Source of the DNA: Heteronotia binoei
Taxonomy: Eukaryota
NCBI RefSeq assembly: GCF_032191835.1
Contig: NC_083229.1
Span: 87,296,001-87,360,000 of the forward strand
Direction of reading: 5' to 3'
DNA: 64,000 nucleotides
A program made the position numbers and the translations under genes. Under the pieces are notes generated by a model. The model was not told the DNA's origin, searched no databases, and saw nothing but the letters and a program-made list of their open reading frames with translations. The stretch's first letter is position 1, and every line of letters starts with the position of its first letter. This document shows, piece by piece, positions 36,968 through 50,351 of the stretch.

Positions 36968-37599
36968 GTCTTCCATGTCTTGCACCCAGGATGACTTATT
37001 TTAAAACATCCCAGTGTAATGATGCCTTCACTGGACCTAATGTGCAGGTTTCTTCTTGTGGATCAGAAAGTATCCTCCCCTGCCCCTAACTGATGTCTGG
37101 AATATCTGGGGAACCCATCTTGAAATCTGGCTTGTCTGCCCTCCTCCCTTCCTCGGGACTTCCTGGGGTTCCTTACTCCTCTATTCTTGTGGAGACCATG
37201 TATGCGTTTATCAGCTTAGTTTCTATGGTGCTATTCTGCTGTTTTTTCATGTCAGTGCTTGAAAGGATTGGTATTTATTGTCCTGCTTCTGTTTTTGTCT
37301 GTTGATAAAAATTGAAATAAATAAAAACACATATGTATGCAATAAGTACTTAAAGAATTACATGGGCAGAGCACAATTGTTTTGGACCACAATTAGCAAA
37401 GTTCTTTTCCTTCAGGAAATCCTTGTTTGGAATGGGTTTACCATAAAACACCAGGATAAATAGTGGCCTGGGATTATTGAGTCCTTCATGTGTTATCAGT
37501 GTTATCATTGATAATGATATTCTGGATTAAGATCAAGTCAGCATCTACCTTCACAGCTCAGTTTCCCCCAGCCCCTGGCTTAAGAGAAGGCAATGTAAT

Positions 37600-38512
37600 T
37601 TGGTCTTATTAATACATTTTTATTTGGACAAGTAGAGAACATTTTATCACAATAGTTTGAAACAGCATGATTAAAGTCGGTAGCACTCCCAAGAGTGATT
37701 ATAGATATGTACAAGATAGGAAGAAAAAAGTTGCACCTCAAAACCAATCATGATCAAGTTAAAAATACCTGACTTGAAGTACATGTGCTAATAGGTTTCC
37801 TTCAGGTCATGACCAGCATGAAAAAAGCATTAGGACACAGGTACTCACCAAAGATTTCTCCTAATGGGTACAGCAATATGCTGTGTTTAAGAATTAAAAT
37901 CAGATTTCTCATTTAGTGTTAGCACTGAGTCCTTAAGGGTTGGGGGACACCCAGTCTCTACTTTTCCCTCATTTACACACTTCTATTCACACTTAAGGAT
38001 GTGCTCATATGCACACAAATGTATGTCTTTGCAAAGATAAAAACTTTAATAGCTAATATTGGAGGTGACTCTCGCTTCTTGGTACAAATCTGCCTTTATA
38101 GGCTATGAGAATTTCAGCTATCAGTTCCTAAGCAGGGGAAAAGCTAAGTTAACTCCTTGGGAGAAAACAAATGCCAGTCTCTGGAAATAACATTCCTTCA
38201 ACATTGAAAATGCTCTGCCAATTCAAGTTTCACATATTCAGGAAGACAGAAGATTTAAGGCTCCGGTGGCAAATACAATCCTCTGAGCAGTTTTTCTAGA
38301 GTCAAGATTCAACAGGTAATGTTTATTTTTCCCCCTTGACTCTTAAAATCCTTGGTTGTGGGATTAGGTAACATCCAAAAGAAGTTAAGCTGACAAGAGA
38401 ATCACTCCTCCAAGAAAAAGGAGGTTCAAATCATCCATTTCAGGAGTACTTGGACTGCCCCGTGATTTTGTAACTTTTTAATTAAAATTATAGCAACGTT
38501 CAGGGACTACTT
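37600..38512 (-). other. PPP4R1: Probable PPP4R1 3'-UTR (end uncertain)
   Basis: Follows the TAA. Candidate AATAAA on the minus strand at 37624-37619. Confidence 0.45.
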
Positions 38513-38676
38513 TTAATATGTTGAAGAGGCAGTGCTCATGGCATCTTCAGCAATTTTGGTACTGGCAGGGTGGACACTTGCAAAGTATTTAACATCGCTG
38601 TCATTATCCATTTGAAGGGCCACGATTGTCTGTTCCACTGCTTCTTGATAGGAATTGACACAGATTAGAAAATATT
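38513..38676 (-). CDS. PPP4R1: PPP4R1 last exon (EYFLICVNSYQEAVEQTIVALQMDNDSDVKYFASVHPASTKIAEDAMSTASSTY*)
   Basis: Not in the ORF track; hand-translated. Matches the known PPP4R1 C-terminus ...EDAMSTASSTY. Acceptor cccAG, phase 1. Confidence 0.95.
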
Positions 38677-39502
38677 CTGGGCACAAAAGAAAAAGAGAAT
38701 TAAAAACTAGCAGTATAATTTAGAAATCTCATGTATCTCATGTAAACCCCCAAATTAGGGTGCAGATTATTAATACTACTCAAAATAATAATAATTTAAA
38801 ACATTTCTTTAATATGGAATTTAAAAACTAAGAACATTAAAATTTTAAATTCTTAATCACCTGCTGTTATGCTTTGGCAAAGTTTGCCCTTTCTCATCAG
38901 CTCTGGAGACCACACAGCAGCAGTCCTCCAGCTTCTACTTGAACCCAAGTTCCTTCCATTCAAGGTGTCTATGAAGCCTCTAAGCAGCCTTAAAGCAACC
39001 AAATGACTATTCCACTCCTGAGATCAACCAGGAGCGCCTACCTGAATCACATCATCCATGTTTCACGGCAAGAGCACAAAAATCAAAGAGTGATCATTTG
39101 CAGGAATTGCCTTCTGGAGGCCAGAAACAGGATAGTATATAAAAGACGGAGTTTTCAGAGTTCAGAACACTACAGATAACCGATGGGTTACTCAATTTTC
39201 TTATTCCTGCCATCCTATGTTTTGGGATGAGACAAGCTATAAATCTAATAAATACAGCCAGAACTGAGCACACGCAGGCTTAAATTTTGCCAAGAACTTT
39301 GCACCCTTGGTTTCAGGTATTGAGCACCAGTCCAAAACAACAGATTCAGCAATCACATGATTGGCTTGAGAAAAATATGATGGCATAAGTGGCTTCTTGC
39401 TCACAACTAGCATACAAGAGGACACAAAGGAAATGTCTAAACATTTGATTTGACAATTTCTACACAACAGAAAATGCAGTAAGAGTATATAGCTTAACCA
39501 AC

Positions 39503-39644
39503 CCTTCTCTAAAAGAGTTTGCCTTAAGGTTTTTGCAAGCAGGACTCTAACATTTGGAACTCTATCTGAGGCCAAGTGCAGTAGATGAGGCAGTAGATAC
39601 TCAGCAAATTGGTCCATTGGCAGGCAGTCATCTTCAATGATAGT
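39503..39644 (-). CDS. PPP4R1: PPP4R1 exon (TIIEDDCLPMDQF...RQTLLEK), HEAT repeat
   Basis: Inside ORF 39237-39707. cAG acceptor, G|GT donor. 142 nt. Confidence 0.95.
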
Positions 39645-40915
39645 CTGAAAAGAACGATGAAGCACTAGAGTCAGAAGAAATCTAAATTCATTTCCATAGC
39701 AGCTCATGAAGTCCTAGTGTAAATTAATACCTCTAGTCATCAATTACTTGGAAAGCTACATAGTTGATATCTCTTGTCCTTAGCATATATATCCAAGAAA
39801 AGGACAAACTTCATTAGGCTCAACCAGTGGAAAGCTTTCGAAAGCTCTTTTATCCTTGCATAAGGACCAAAGTAACAAGAATAATAAAATAACAAAACAA
39901 AAAGAACTGAAGTTTATAGCGTAAAAAAGGTAATTCCCAAATGACTGCACATTATCCTTCTATGCAGGAGTTTTTAAAAATCCAGAAACAAAAATGGGGA
40001 AGCCAAATAAGTTGCTGGGTAGAGCATGCCTACAAACAAAAATTATAGGCCCACTGATGAGTTGCAAATCGACAGACAACCCTGTTGGGCAGGCTAGATT
40101 ATACCCTACCTAAAACACCAGCCATTTCCCTTCCTGACCAAGTTCCACGCCATAACCCTTCCCTGTATCTTTCAGCTACCATGTTCAAAGCAGCAGCTCC
40201 TTACCAACAAGAGGTAGAGGAGCTGAGCAAGAAGCATAAAAAGTTGCCTCTTGCTGGAAGCAAGTTCTACTCTAGCACATTGCTCTAAATGCAATTAAAG
40301 CTTTCTGATCCTGACCTAAGAACCAACTATAAAGCTCTAAATGTGTTTTTCTTGTCACCCAGTCCCACCACAGTCTCTCTGAAAAGCTGCTACTAAAGAC
40401 TGTAGTAGACTTGTTATTGAGTGACCAGTTCTCATAACCAGAGAAGAAAAAGTAATGGACTTGCTACAGTCATGTCAAGCATCTCAGAAGCCTCCTAGTT
40501 TTTCAGGCGAGACTAAAAAAAGGTAAAGGTAGTCCCCTGTGCAAGCACTAGTTGTTTCCAACTCTAGGGTGACATCGCATCACAATGTTTTCACAGCAGA
40601 CTTTTTTACTGGGTGGTTTGCCATTGCCTTCCCGAGTAATCTATACTTCCTGCCCCCCCCCCCAAAGCTGGGTAATTTTACCAACCTCAGATCGATGGAA
40701 GGTAGCTGGCTGAAGGCTGACTCAGCCTTCCATCCTTCCGAGGTTTTCAGGTGAGACTACTGACCTGCTTATGCTGGAATATTTTTTTAGTATCTAAGAT
40801 GCAAAAGATCTCCTGTTTCATTTTGCTGTTTTGCAATCATTCTATTTTTTTTAATCCCTCTACATAAATTAGTACTAAACTGTAGATCAATTAGGAAAAT
40901 TAAAAGCACTCTTAC

Positions 40916-41050
40916 CTGGCAGATAAATACAAAAGCTTGTCGACCAGACCATTTTGGGCATCTACAGAACTTTTCAACAAGTTCATTCATGAGGTCTACT
41001 ACAAAGGTTGGTGTTGGAGAATTATACAGCTTCTTAACCATATCACTAAC
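40916..41050 (-). CDS. PPP4R1: PPP4R1 exon (VSDMVKKLYN...GRQAFVFICQ)
   Basis: cAG / CAG|GTAAGA. 135 nt. Confidence 0.95.
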
Positions 41051-41142
41051 CTGGAAGACAAGCAAAGGCTCCCACTAAATGTCACGTTCTAAAATTATTT
41101 ACTATATATATTCCATTTAAATGACTACTCTTTAGTTCATAC

Positions 41143-41263
41143 CAATTTGTAGGATATCCAGCGAACAGAGGAAACTTTGTCTGAGCAAAGACTGAGAGCA
41201 ATGGGTCGTAGGTAATCATATATGTCTCGGGCAGTATACAGATCAAGAAGCAAGATCAGTTGC
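41143..41263 (-). CDS. PPP4R1: PPP4R1 exon (QLILLLDLYTARDIYDYLRPIALSLCSDKVSSVRWISYKL)
   Basis: Not in the ORF track; hand-translated. Followed by a 92-nt intron. Confidence 0.95.
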
Positions 41264-41320
41264 CTGCAATAATAAAATGAATGAAGGATCAAGATTAGTC
41301 AGAATTCTAGAAGATTACAA

Positions 41321-43665
41321 TTTATTTATTATTTTGGATTTTTATTCTGCCCTTCCTGTAAGCAGGCTCAAGGTGGATAACAACATAGTTAAACAATAAA
41401 AAAACAGTCAAAACATTAAAAACAATTATACAGCTTAAGACAACTAAAAATTGTGAGATATAAATACAATCCAGCTATAAGCCCATATGGATGGATGAAC
41501 GGAGTCAAACAAAACTACATATTGTCAGTGTCCATAGGCAAATGAATGGGCAATTTTTGCAGGAAGACCAAATGACTACAAGTCCACTGCCTCAACCAAA
41601 AGCCCGGTAGAACAACTCTGTACTGCAGGCCCTGTGGAACCATAAAAAACTCCACTGGGTCCTGACTTCTGATGGGAGCATGTTCCATTAGGTAGGAGCC
41701 AGGACAGAAAAAGCCCTGGCTGTAGTTGAGGCTAAGTAGACATCCTTTGGGTCAGGGATAACTAGGAGGTGTTGCTCAGCAGAGCACAAAGCTCTCTAGG
41801 GGGAATATGTGGAGAGGCAGTCCCTTAGATATGCCGATCCCAGACTGCTCAGGGCTTTATGGATTATACCATCATCTTGAAGCGAATCTGGTACTCCACT
41901 GGTAGCCAGTACAACTGGTGGAGCACCGGTTGGATACACACCTGCATAGGCACTGCAGGCATGCCACCACATTTTGCACCAGCTGGAATTTCTGGGTCAG
42001 GTTCAAGGGCAAGCCTGTGTAGAACAAGTTACAGTAACCTAACCTGGAAGTGATCATTGCATGGGCCATTGTGGCGAGATCCTGGGCAGAGAGGTAAGGA
42101 ACCAGTTGCCTGCCCTGCTGTAGGCAATAAAAGGCAGACCTGGCAACCGTGGTGACCTGGGGCTCCATGGAAAGCAAGGCATCCAAAATGACTGCGAGGC
42201 TCCTAACCCTTGGCACTGGTACGAAAGGCACCCTTGTTGAGGGTTTAGAGCCTAATTCCCAAACCAGCTTTGCCCCGGCTGAGACACAGGGCCTCCATCT
42301 TTGATGGATTAGTTTCAACTGGCTCTGCTTGAGCCACCAGCCACAGCCTCCTATGCCTGGCCAAGATTTTCTGGGGTGAAATCCAGGCAGCTGTCCATCA
42401 GCAGGCATGCTGATGACAACCCAGCCCAATACCTCTGAGCCAGGTGAGTGAGGGGGCACATGTAGATGTTTAACAATAGCACTGGGAGACTGACTCACTG
42501 AGTGCCACCATCATGCAGGAAGTGGAAAATCACTGTAAGGCAGTCTCCTATGTCAGTGAAGTGGTGGGTCAATAGATCATAATTGACTGTGTCAAATGCT
42601 GCTGTCAGATCTAAAAGCAACAGCAGCACTGATCCAGAGGTCATCTGTGAGGGTAACCAGCGCTCTCTCTGTCTCGTAACCAGGGCAGAAACTGGAATGG
42701 AATGGATCCAGGATAGATGCTTCATCCAGGAAGGCCTGGAGCTGCTCAGCTACTGCCCTCTCAACTACCTTACCCAAGAACAGTTAGTCTGATACTGAGT
42801 GGTAGTTGGATAGAACCATCAGGTCCAAAGATGGTTTCTTTACGAGCAGTTGTACCACCTCCTCCTTCAAGTTGACTATCTCTTCCGGGGGGCCTGAGCA
42901 CCATCCCTGCAGACCTTGACCAGTTAGGATGGGCATGGGTCCAGAAGGCAAGTGACAGGTCTTATAGCTACCATCAGCATCATCCAAAAAGAGTTGGTTG
43001 AATTGGTCTAAATATGGATAGATAAGGGGCTTCTAGTTCTTTTACAGTTTCAACTGCAGTCAGGAGGTCCTGGTGGAGTGAAATGACTTTATCTGCAAAA
43101 TAGCTTACAAATGCCTCACAGCCAATAGCCAATTCCCTACTACTTTCTTTGCCTTGTGACAATGTAGTCAACGACCAAATAGTTCTAAATAACTGGGGCA
43201 GGCAAGAACTTGAAGATACAATGGAGTCCGTGTAGAAAGCTTTCTTCATGGCCTTCACCACTACCTCATAAGCTTTTATACACATCCTATAAGATGTTAT
43301 TGCCACTTCGTCACGAGTTCACTGCCACCTTCGCTCTAGCCATCTCAGCTCTCATTTCATCCTCCGTAGCTTCGGGTTACACCATGGATCCAGTTTGGCA
43401 TGAGGATGGAGAGGGCACTGGGAAGTGATCTCGTCAATGGCTTCAAAGAACTGGGAATGCCAATCCTCCACCAGCACATCTAACGAGGTGTCAGGGGGCA
43501 TCAGATCCCGCAGAGTATCCTAAAGCTGCCTTGGGTCCATTAGGCTCCACGGGTGAACATAAAACTGCTCACCACCTAAACAGGAAGGGCTTGGAATCTA
43601 AGCCAGATCTTCAAGGCAAAATGATCCAGTCATGGCACTGCTTCTTGCAGTGATACAATGGTTAC
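41321..43665 (-). mobile_element. 5'-truncated decayed L2-clade LINE in a PPP4R1 intron
   Basis: ORF fragments LLLLLDLTAAFDTVNYDLL, GKVVERAVAEQLQAFLDE, HAMITSRLGYCN. (AATA)n tail at ~41321-41345. Confidence 0.85.
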
Positions 43666-44894
43666 CATCCACTGGAAACAGAGAGCTGGCTATTTCATAT
43701 ACCCAAGCTAAAAACACTATTATCTGTGTTTATAATTTAAGCTGATTTTGTCAATGTAATACAATATCCTGCATCAGACCCCCATGCTAACTCCACATTA
43801 AATTATTGCAATGTGCTTTATACGTGAATACTCTTGAAAGACTGGAAGTTTCAGCTAGCCCAAGAGACCATATTGTTCCAATTTTTCAGTGGCTAGTAGA
43901 GATACTGATACTGACCTTTAAAGCTGTAAACTAATGGTATGTACAAAGAAACTTTCTTATCTCTCTCTCATCCTTGGGCAGGCTAGGAATCCAGTGGTGA
44001 TTCTACACAGTAAGGCTATTTGCCTCCACTGCTACACACTGTAAGGAAGACAATTTTATACTTCCAAGGGCTACAGGAAGCGGCAAATAGCCCAAACACA
44101 GGTCCCATCCTAGTAATATTCCAAATAAGGCTAGGAAGTGGAAACTACTGGGTTCTAGTGCCTGATCTAACAGCTTCATATCGTAAGCCAGGCAACAGCA
44201 CTCAACAGCTTCCTCCCTCTCCTGAGCCTTGACAGGAAATACACCCAGAGGTTTCTTCATTCTTTGCCACAAAACAAAGAGTTCCACATCTTTTCATTCT
44301 AAGCATATTTAAATCTGGAACAATTTTAATTTACTTCAGTCTTTGGGGGAGTAAGCCCCCAAAGTGGGATTTCTTTTAAAATAAACATACACAGTTTCTC
44401 ATTTGGCAAAGAAAGGAAACAACATACTTCCCCACCTTCTCAATATCACTTTGAGTCCTCACTGAAAGTCTATATTAATACTTGGAGTCACCTTTCAGAG
44501 AGAGTGATTTTTTTTACTTCCAGGTGTAAATATTCCTCAACAGCATTTATATTTCTGCTTATTATGAGGACATATAATCACACACAAACTTAACACTGCC
44601 CTGCTATTTACACTTCTTTTCACACTGTAAGGGAACGTTTACGTTACTTTGGATTTTGTTTTTAAATATTGGTTGTGTATATTTACCCTCACATCTTAAA
44701 AACAAAAAGATGCAGCTGTGCAGGTTATTCAATTGTCAGGATATATGTGTTCTGCAGATTCTAATTCTCTTCTCTCTGACCCCAACACACAAATCTAGTG
44801 TGTATGCAGTATTCTTGCTGAAGTTGTCTGAGAGCCCTAAGCTGAGCCTGGAGCTCTGTGGGAAAGAAGCACAATAAACTGTAATGATACATAC

Positions 44895-44995
44895 TCTGCC
44901 AGCTCAGCTCGGAAACGCCAGTTCCTACTGTTATCTGTCACTAAAAACTCCTGAAGCTGATAAAGATATTCTCGCCTTTTATCAGGATGTAGCAG
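44895..44995 (-). CDS. PPP4R1: PPP4R1 exon (LLHPDKRREYLYQLQEFLVTDNSRNWRFRAELAE)
   Basis: Not in the ORF track in this frame. tAG acceptor, GA|GTATGT donor, phase 2. Confidence 0.95.
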
Positions 44996-45471
44996 CTAGA
45001 AGAAAGTATGAACACAGTTAGGGTAATGCAACACTGATATGAACATCTTGATATGAACAAGATGTTTAGCATAAATAAAAATGTTCTAAAAAGTGCTTTC
45101 AGAGTTCCCTGAAATATCCTGGAACATAACTGAAAATCAACGTTTACTAAAAATATTTCTATGCCACCCAGTTCAGGGTCCCCAAGGCAGTGAAAACAGT
45201 AAAACATTAACAAGCATATAAAACACAAATAAAACAAACACATAAACATTACACACATATAAGCAGAGAGTAGCACTAACAACAGTTAGTGAGGGAACGC
45301 CAAACAAAAATTTTCATCTGTTGGTGATGGAGGGAGACAAACAAACTTCTGTCCACTTTTATTCCATATGGCAATTGAAATGGTTTTTTTTAACTGCAAG
45401 CTTCATTATCAGTAGAACCCACAGATTTATGAGTGGATGAGGAAAGAAAGTAGGCATAAAGTATAATTTAC

Positions 45472-45633
45472 CTTCAGAAAATCATGCAGGTGCTTCAGCA
45501 CACCTATCCTGACTTCATCGAGATCCTTCAAAAAGCCATTGAAGACTGGGACCAAGTCACCAGCTGTAAGCTGGTCTCCAAGAATAACTGCAAGTTCATG
45601 TATAGAGAATGCCAATGTTCTTCGAACTTTCCA
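45472..45633 (-). CDS. PPP4R1: PPP4R1 exon (WKVRRTLAFSIHELAV...KHLHDFLK)
   Basis: cAG / AAG|GTAAAT. 162 nt. Confidence 0.96.
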
Positions 45634-45846
45634 CTGAGAGAAAACAATACACATTCACCCATTAGGTACACCAAAATGCACTATACAAAATGGTTTCAGT
45701 ACCATGTTAAGTTTTGTTGCATAGTCATATATTTTACTAGTTCTACCTCATTTCCAGCCCTTGACAGTGAGTATTAACACCAAGACCACTTGTGAAGAGC
45801 TGAGGAGTGATTCTGGATGCCTCCCCCTTTCAATGGTGGTACATAT

Positions 45847-48546
45847 TAGGGATGTGCAAAAAAAAAAATTGGATTTACACGGATTCGGAAGTATACGGGG
45901 GGAAAAAATTCGGAATCCCCGTATACTCCTGAATACCGCATTCGGAATAGCCGCATATACGGTAGATGCACGGCTATTACCGAATATACGGCCCTATTAT
46001 ACCCTATGGGCCATTGAAATCAATGGCAAATAGGGTATATTTGAAGCCGCATGGAGGGGAGGGGGTTTGAGGTAGAGCCCCCAAATCTGCAGGGGACCTG
46101 CAGGGGACTCTCCCCTCCAACCCCCCAAGTCCCAAAAAGATTGGGCCAGGGGATCCCATTCCAGGGGCACCCAAAGAGGGTGCCCCTATTCCATCATTAT
46201 ACCCTATGGGCCATTGAAATCAATGGCAACATAGGGCATAATTAGAGGCTACTGGGGGGCAGGGGGTTTGAGGGAGAGCCCCCAAATTTTCAGGGGACCT
46301 GCAGGGGACTCTCCCCTCCAACCCCCCCCCCCCAATCCCAAAAAGATTGGGCCAGGAGGTCCCTGTCTTTGGGCTCCCCAAAAGGCCCCATTGCTAACAA
46401 TGATAGGGAAAGCCCAATTAGCCACTTCCTCACTGTAATTGTCTTGGGAAAAGTGGCTCTGGGGAGCAGGGGGTTTTGAGGAGAGCCCCCCAAACTGCTG
46501 TGCAGCTTCAGGGCACTGTCCCACACAAAACCCACAAGGCCAAAAAAAATTGGACCAGGGGGTCCAATTCCTGGGGCACCCAAAGCCAAACCTAACCACA
46601 TCAGAGAATCTCTATAGGACCCAAATGCACTACATCCCTCTATCTACTCTATGAACCCTGCAGGCCTGGAAGCAATATAAACCCAGTTGCCAACGTCACT
46701 GCCACACAAAACACAATCTGCTCAAGGTCTGCTCTGCAGACCTGGCTGCAGCAAACCCAGATGCCAGCTCTCCAGCCCTGCCCCAAACAACACGGGGAGA
46801 GCTGGCCAACCACAACAAACCTGCTGGTTCTGGGTCTCTCACCCAGGTGCCAGCCTCCCTGCCACAGAACACACAATCTACAGATGCCAGCTCTCCAGCC
46901 CTGCCCCAAACAACACGGGGAGAGCTGGCCAACCACAACAAACCTGCTGGTTCTGGGTCTCTCACCCAGGTGCCAGCCTCCCTGCCACAGAACACACAAT
47001 CTACAGATGCCAGCTCTCCAGCCCTGCCCCAAACAACACGGGGAGAGCTGGCCAATCACAACCAACCTGCTGGTTCTGGGTCTCCCACCCAGGTGCCAGC
47101 TTCCCTGCCACAGAACACACAATCTACTCTATAAAAACAAGAAAGTGACCCAGCCCACACACACCCTCGCCAACCCCCACACCAACCAGAGGTAATTTTA
47201 AAAAACCAAAACAAAACCAGCAGAATCACAAAAGGCCAAGCAAAGCAACTCAAGTGTTTAAAAAGTGGCCTTTCACCAATAAGAAAACTTAGGCCAAATC
47301 AGTCAACAACACCCCCCACCCCCAAACCAGGAAAAGTGACAACAGGAAAAAAAGGCCAAGCAAAGCAACTCAAGTTTTTAAAAAGTGGCCATTCACCAAT
47401 AAGAAAACTCAGGCCAAATCAGTCAACAACAACACCCCCACCCCTAAAACCAGAACCAGGAAAAGGGGGACAAAAGTGGCCTTTTAAACAATGAAAATTA
47501 GGCCAAACAGCACCACCACCCCCAATAACCTGAAGAGAAAAGTAACACAGCAGCAACACAACACAGCAGCAACAAATCAATCACTGAAATAGTAAAAAAC
47601 TCAACTTTTAACAATACAGGAACTTCCCCCCCCCCCCAAAAAAAAAACCCCTTCACCCTAACCCCAAGAAATCCAAGCCACCCAAATCAGGAGAAGTAAA
47701 AGGACACTGCACTTTTAAAAGTCCTCTCACTAAATTAAGATATGGGCAAATTAGCAAAAAAACCCCACCCCAGGCCCCCACCCCCAGCAGAACCTAACCC
47801 CAACCCCAAATAGGCTACCCTACCCACCCAGTACTCACCCACCCAAATCTGGACAAGTAAAGGGACTCTAGTCCTTTTACCAACAAAAACTAAAACAAGA
47901 ACCCCAAAACTGTCTTACCTTGTCTTCTCTGAGTCCAGGGAAGTAAGGCTGAGTGAGAGAGCAGCAGGCAGCAGCAGCTGAAGCCAAGGGCCAGCCACCA
48001 GCAGCAGCACAATCTCTCTCTCACACACCAAGCCACACACCAACACAGCAATGGAGGAGTCCAGCAGGAAGACTCCTTAAAAAGGTTCTCTGGCCCTACA
48101 GAGAGCAATTTCAAAAAATAGCACTGCTCTCTGATTGGCCAGACAACAGTGCTTACTTGGGATACCCAAGTAAGCAAAAGATCAAAATAACAATGTAGCT
48201 GATGGCTACAACAGCCCTGCAAAGCATGCATTTGCAATGCATTTTGCAAATGCATGCTTTGGATTGGCTGCTGGGGCTCCTCTTCCCCCTCCCCCCCTCC
48301 CCGATCCCAGGGAGGCTATGGGAGAGGCGGGAAGAGGCCACTAAAGGCGGTAAAGTACTAGGCAAGCAGCTCCTTTGAGGCTGCAGAAGCTACTTTCCCG
48401 CCTTTGCTTTGACAGCTTTGACAGCCGTATTCGGCTGCCGCATAATAGGAGGCAATGGGAATCGGCTACAGCCAATTCCGTATACAGCCGAATCAGTGTT
48501 GATTTGGCTGTATATTCGGTTCGGCCGAACCGAATGCACATCCCTA
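45847..48546. mobile_element. 2.7-kb non-autonomous hAT element, inserted into an L2 fragment
   Basis: Perfect TIRs TAGGGATGTGCA / TGCACATCCCTA. Perfect 8-bp TSD GTACATAT at 45839-45846 / 48547-48554. CpG-rich ends with repeated ATTCGG/CCGAAT. No transposase motifs. Confidence 0.92.
46758..47126. repeat. 123-bp tandem repeat x3 inside the hAT element
   Basis: CAGATGCCAGCTCTCC... recurs at 46758, 46881 and 47004. A unit length divisible by 3 explains the repeated peptides in the ORF track. Confidence 0.93.
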
Positions 48547-48554
48547 GTACATAT

Positions 48555-49240
48555 CCCTAATGTTACTAGACTGGCATTTTTCCATCCACACCAAATTTGG
48601 CAGCTGGTTCCCTTCCTGTCTCTTAGCCACAATGATCCATGCAACTGTCACCTTCAGACTAAATTACTGTACTTTGCTCTACACAGGGCTAGCCTTGAGA
48701 ATGACCCAGAAATTTCAACTGGTCCAGAATACGGCTGTGCATGTACTTATACAAGCACTCTGCTAAGAGCCCCACATGCTGCAGGTGTTCCACCAGCTGC
48801 AATGGCTCCAGGTTGAATAATGGATCAGATTCAAGGTTTTGTAATAATAATATAATAAAAAAAGTTTTGGCCTAGCCTTCAAAGCCCTACATGGTCTCAG
48901 ACCAACATATCTTTGGGACCATCTTTCCTGGTATGCTCTCCAGAGAGCACTGCGCTCTGTGACAACCTTCTGGTGGCCCACAGCCAAAAAACTATTTGTC
49001 TTGCCTCAACCCGGGCCAGAGCCTTCTCAACTCTGCCCCGGACTGGTGGAACACTCTTCCGGATGAGATCCAGGCCCTGCAGGACCTGATACAGTTCTGC
49101 AAGGCCTGTAAAACAAAAATGTTCTGCCAGGCATATGGTTGACAAAACAAGTGGGATGCTCAGCATTTAAACAGAACAAATGAAAAAACGCTGAGTAGAC
49201 TAAAATATAGTCTCTGTACTACAATACACTATAAATAAAA
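48555..49240 (+). mobile_element. L2 3' fragment; its continuation lies left of the hAT insertion (~45790-45846)
   Basis: IHATVTFRLNYCTLLYTGLALRMTQKFQLVQN and ARAFSTLPRTGG-type region are homologous to 15300-15830. Confidence 0.8.
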
Positions 49241-50351
49241 TTATTTAATTTCACACTATTGCTGTGTTATTTGTAATAAACACAAATAACTACTCATAAC
49301 AATAAACCTAAGTCTCTAACAGGACCCTATCACTGGACTATGGATACAGTGAGCATTAAATTTCCATCAACAATAAACAGTTTTCATCAACAGTAATATG
49401 ACATGACAGTGTTTCCAAGATAGCTTGGGACTTAAAAAACATTCAAATGCAGTGTAGAAACTTTGGAAATCCAAAAAGCCTAGGAAATCATTGTGTTTTG
49501 GATGGCCACACCTTCATCAGCTCAATACTCCTTCATCAGCTCAATACTCAATACTACTGCAATATCAAAATACGCACTCCGGCTGTCTGGCAACAAACTC
49601 TGTAACAAGGTTCTCAATGCGTTGATTTCCTAGGACATGCATCTCCACTTCAGTTGTCTTCCAGGCACACAGACGTTTTGGACTGCATTGCACTGCATTA
49701 GAAAGTAAGCCTAAACTAGTTCGTAGGGTATACAGAGGTTACACTGAGGTATTCACGAACATTGCCCAAAGCAATTTGGAGAGGGTGCCTTCTTATCTAT
49801 GAATTATGATATACAAGAGTGTCACTCATGAGACACCAGTAATATTCTGCTCCAGATATTCAGCAAAAAGATACCTTCTCCATCTCAAATTCCTCTACAT
49901 TGTCAGCTGGTTTAGGAGAAAACAGAGCTTAGTGGCAACCACATACAATGGCCGGCTACCATGTGAAGCCAACACTTCTGAATCTTCAGTAGTACAATTA
50001 TACTGAGGAATAGAATGGCATAGGCCTCTAAGTTACTATCTACAGAATACAGAGAATATTCTAAACAACTTAGGGATTCAGTAGCATCACCTGAATTATG
50101 TAGATGAGTACTGAAATATCAGCGATAAACCATTAGAAATGTGTGTCAAGGTAAAAAAAGAAAGAACTTCTTGTCTCAGGAAAGTTACCACAAAAATACA
50201 GTAACATTAAAGTGACCCAACATTTTATTTTTTCCTTTTACATTTACACCATCTTTTGTATCAAAGTACTTTCAGTTTCTCCTTAGAATGCTGGAGAAAC
50301 CAAAGCACAACAGTCCAAACATATGGACTGTTTCTAGACCCATTTCTTTAC

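Noticed and set aside
46649-47195. Cluster of repetitive ORFs or a CRISPR-like array
   Set aside because: These arise from a 123-bp contiguous tandem repeat with no unique spacers and no cas genes, inside a TSD-bounded transposon in a vertebrate intron.
49511-49548. 19-bp tandem duplication (similar small ones at ~14875, ~16923 and the 55876-55898 palindrome)
   Set aside because: Ordinary slippage products or short palindromes with no further structure.
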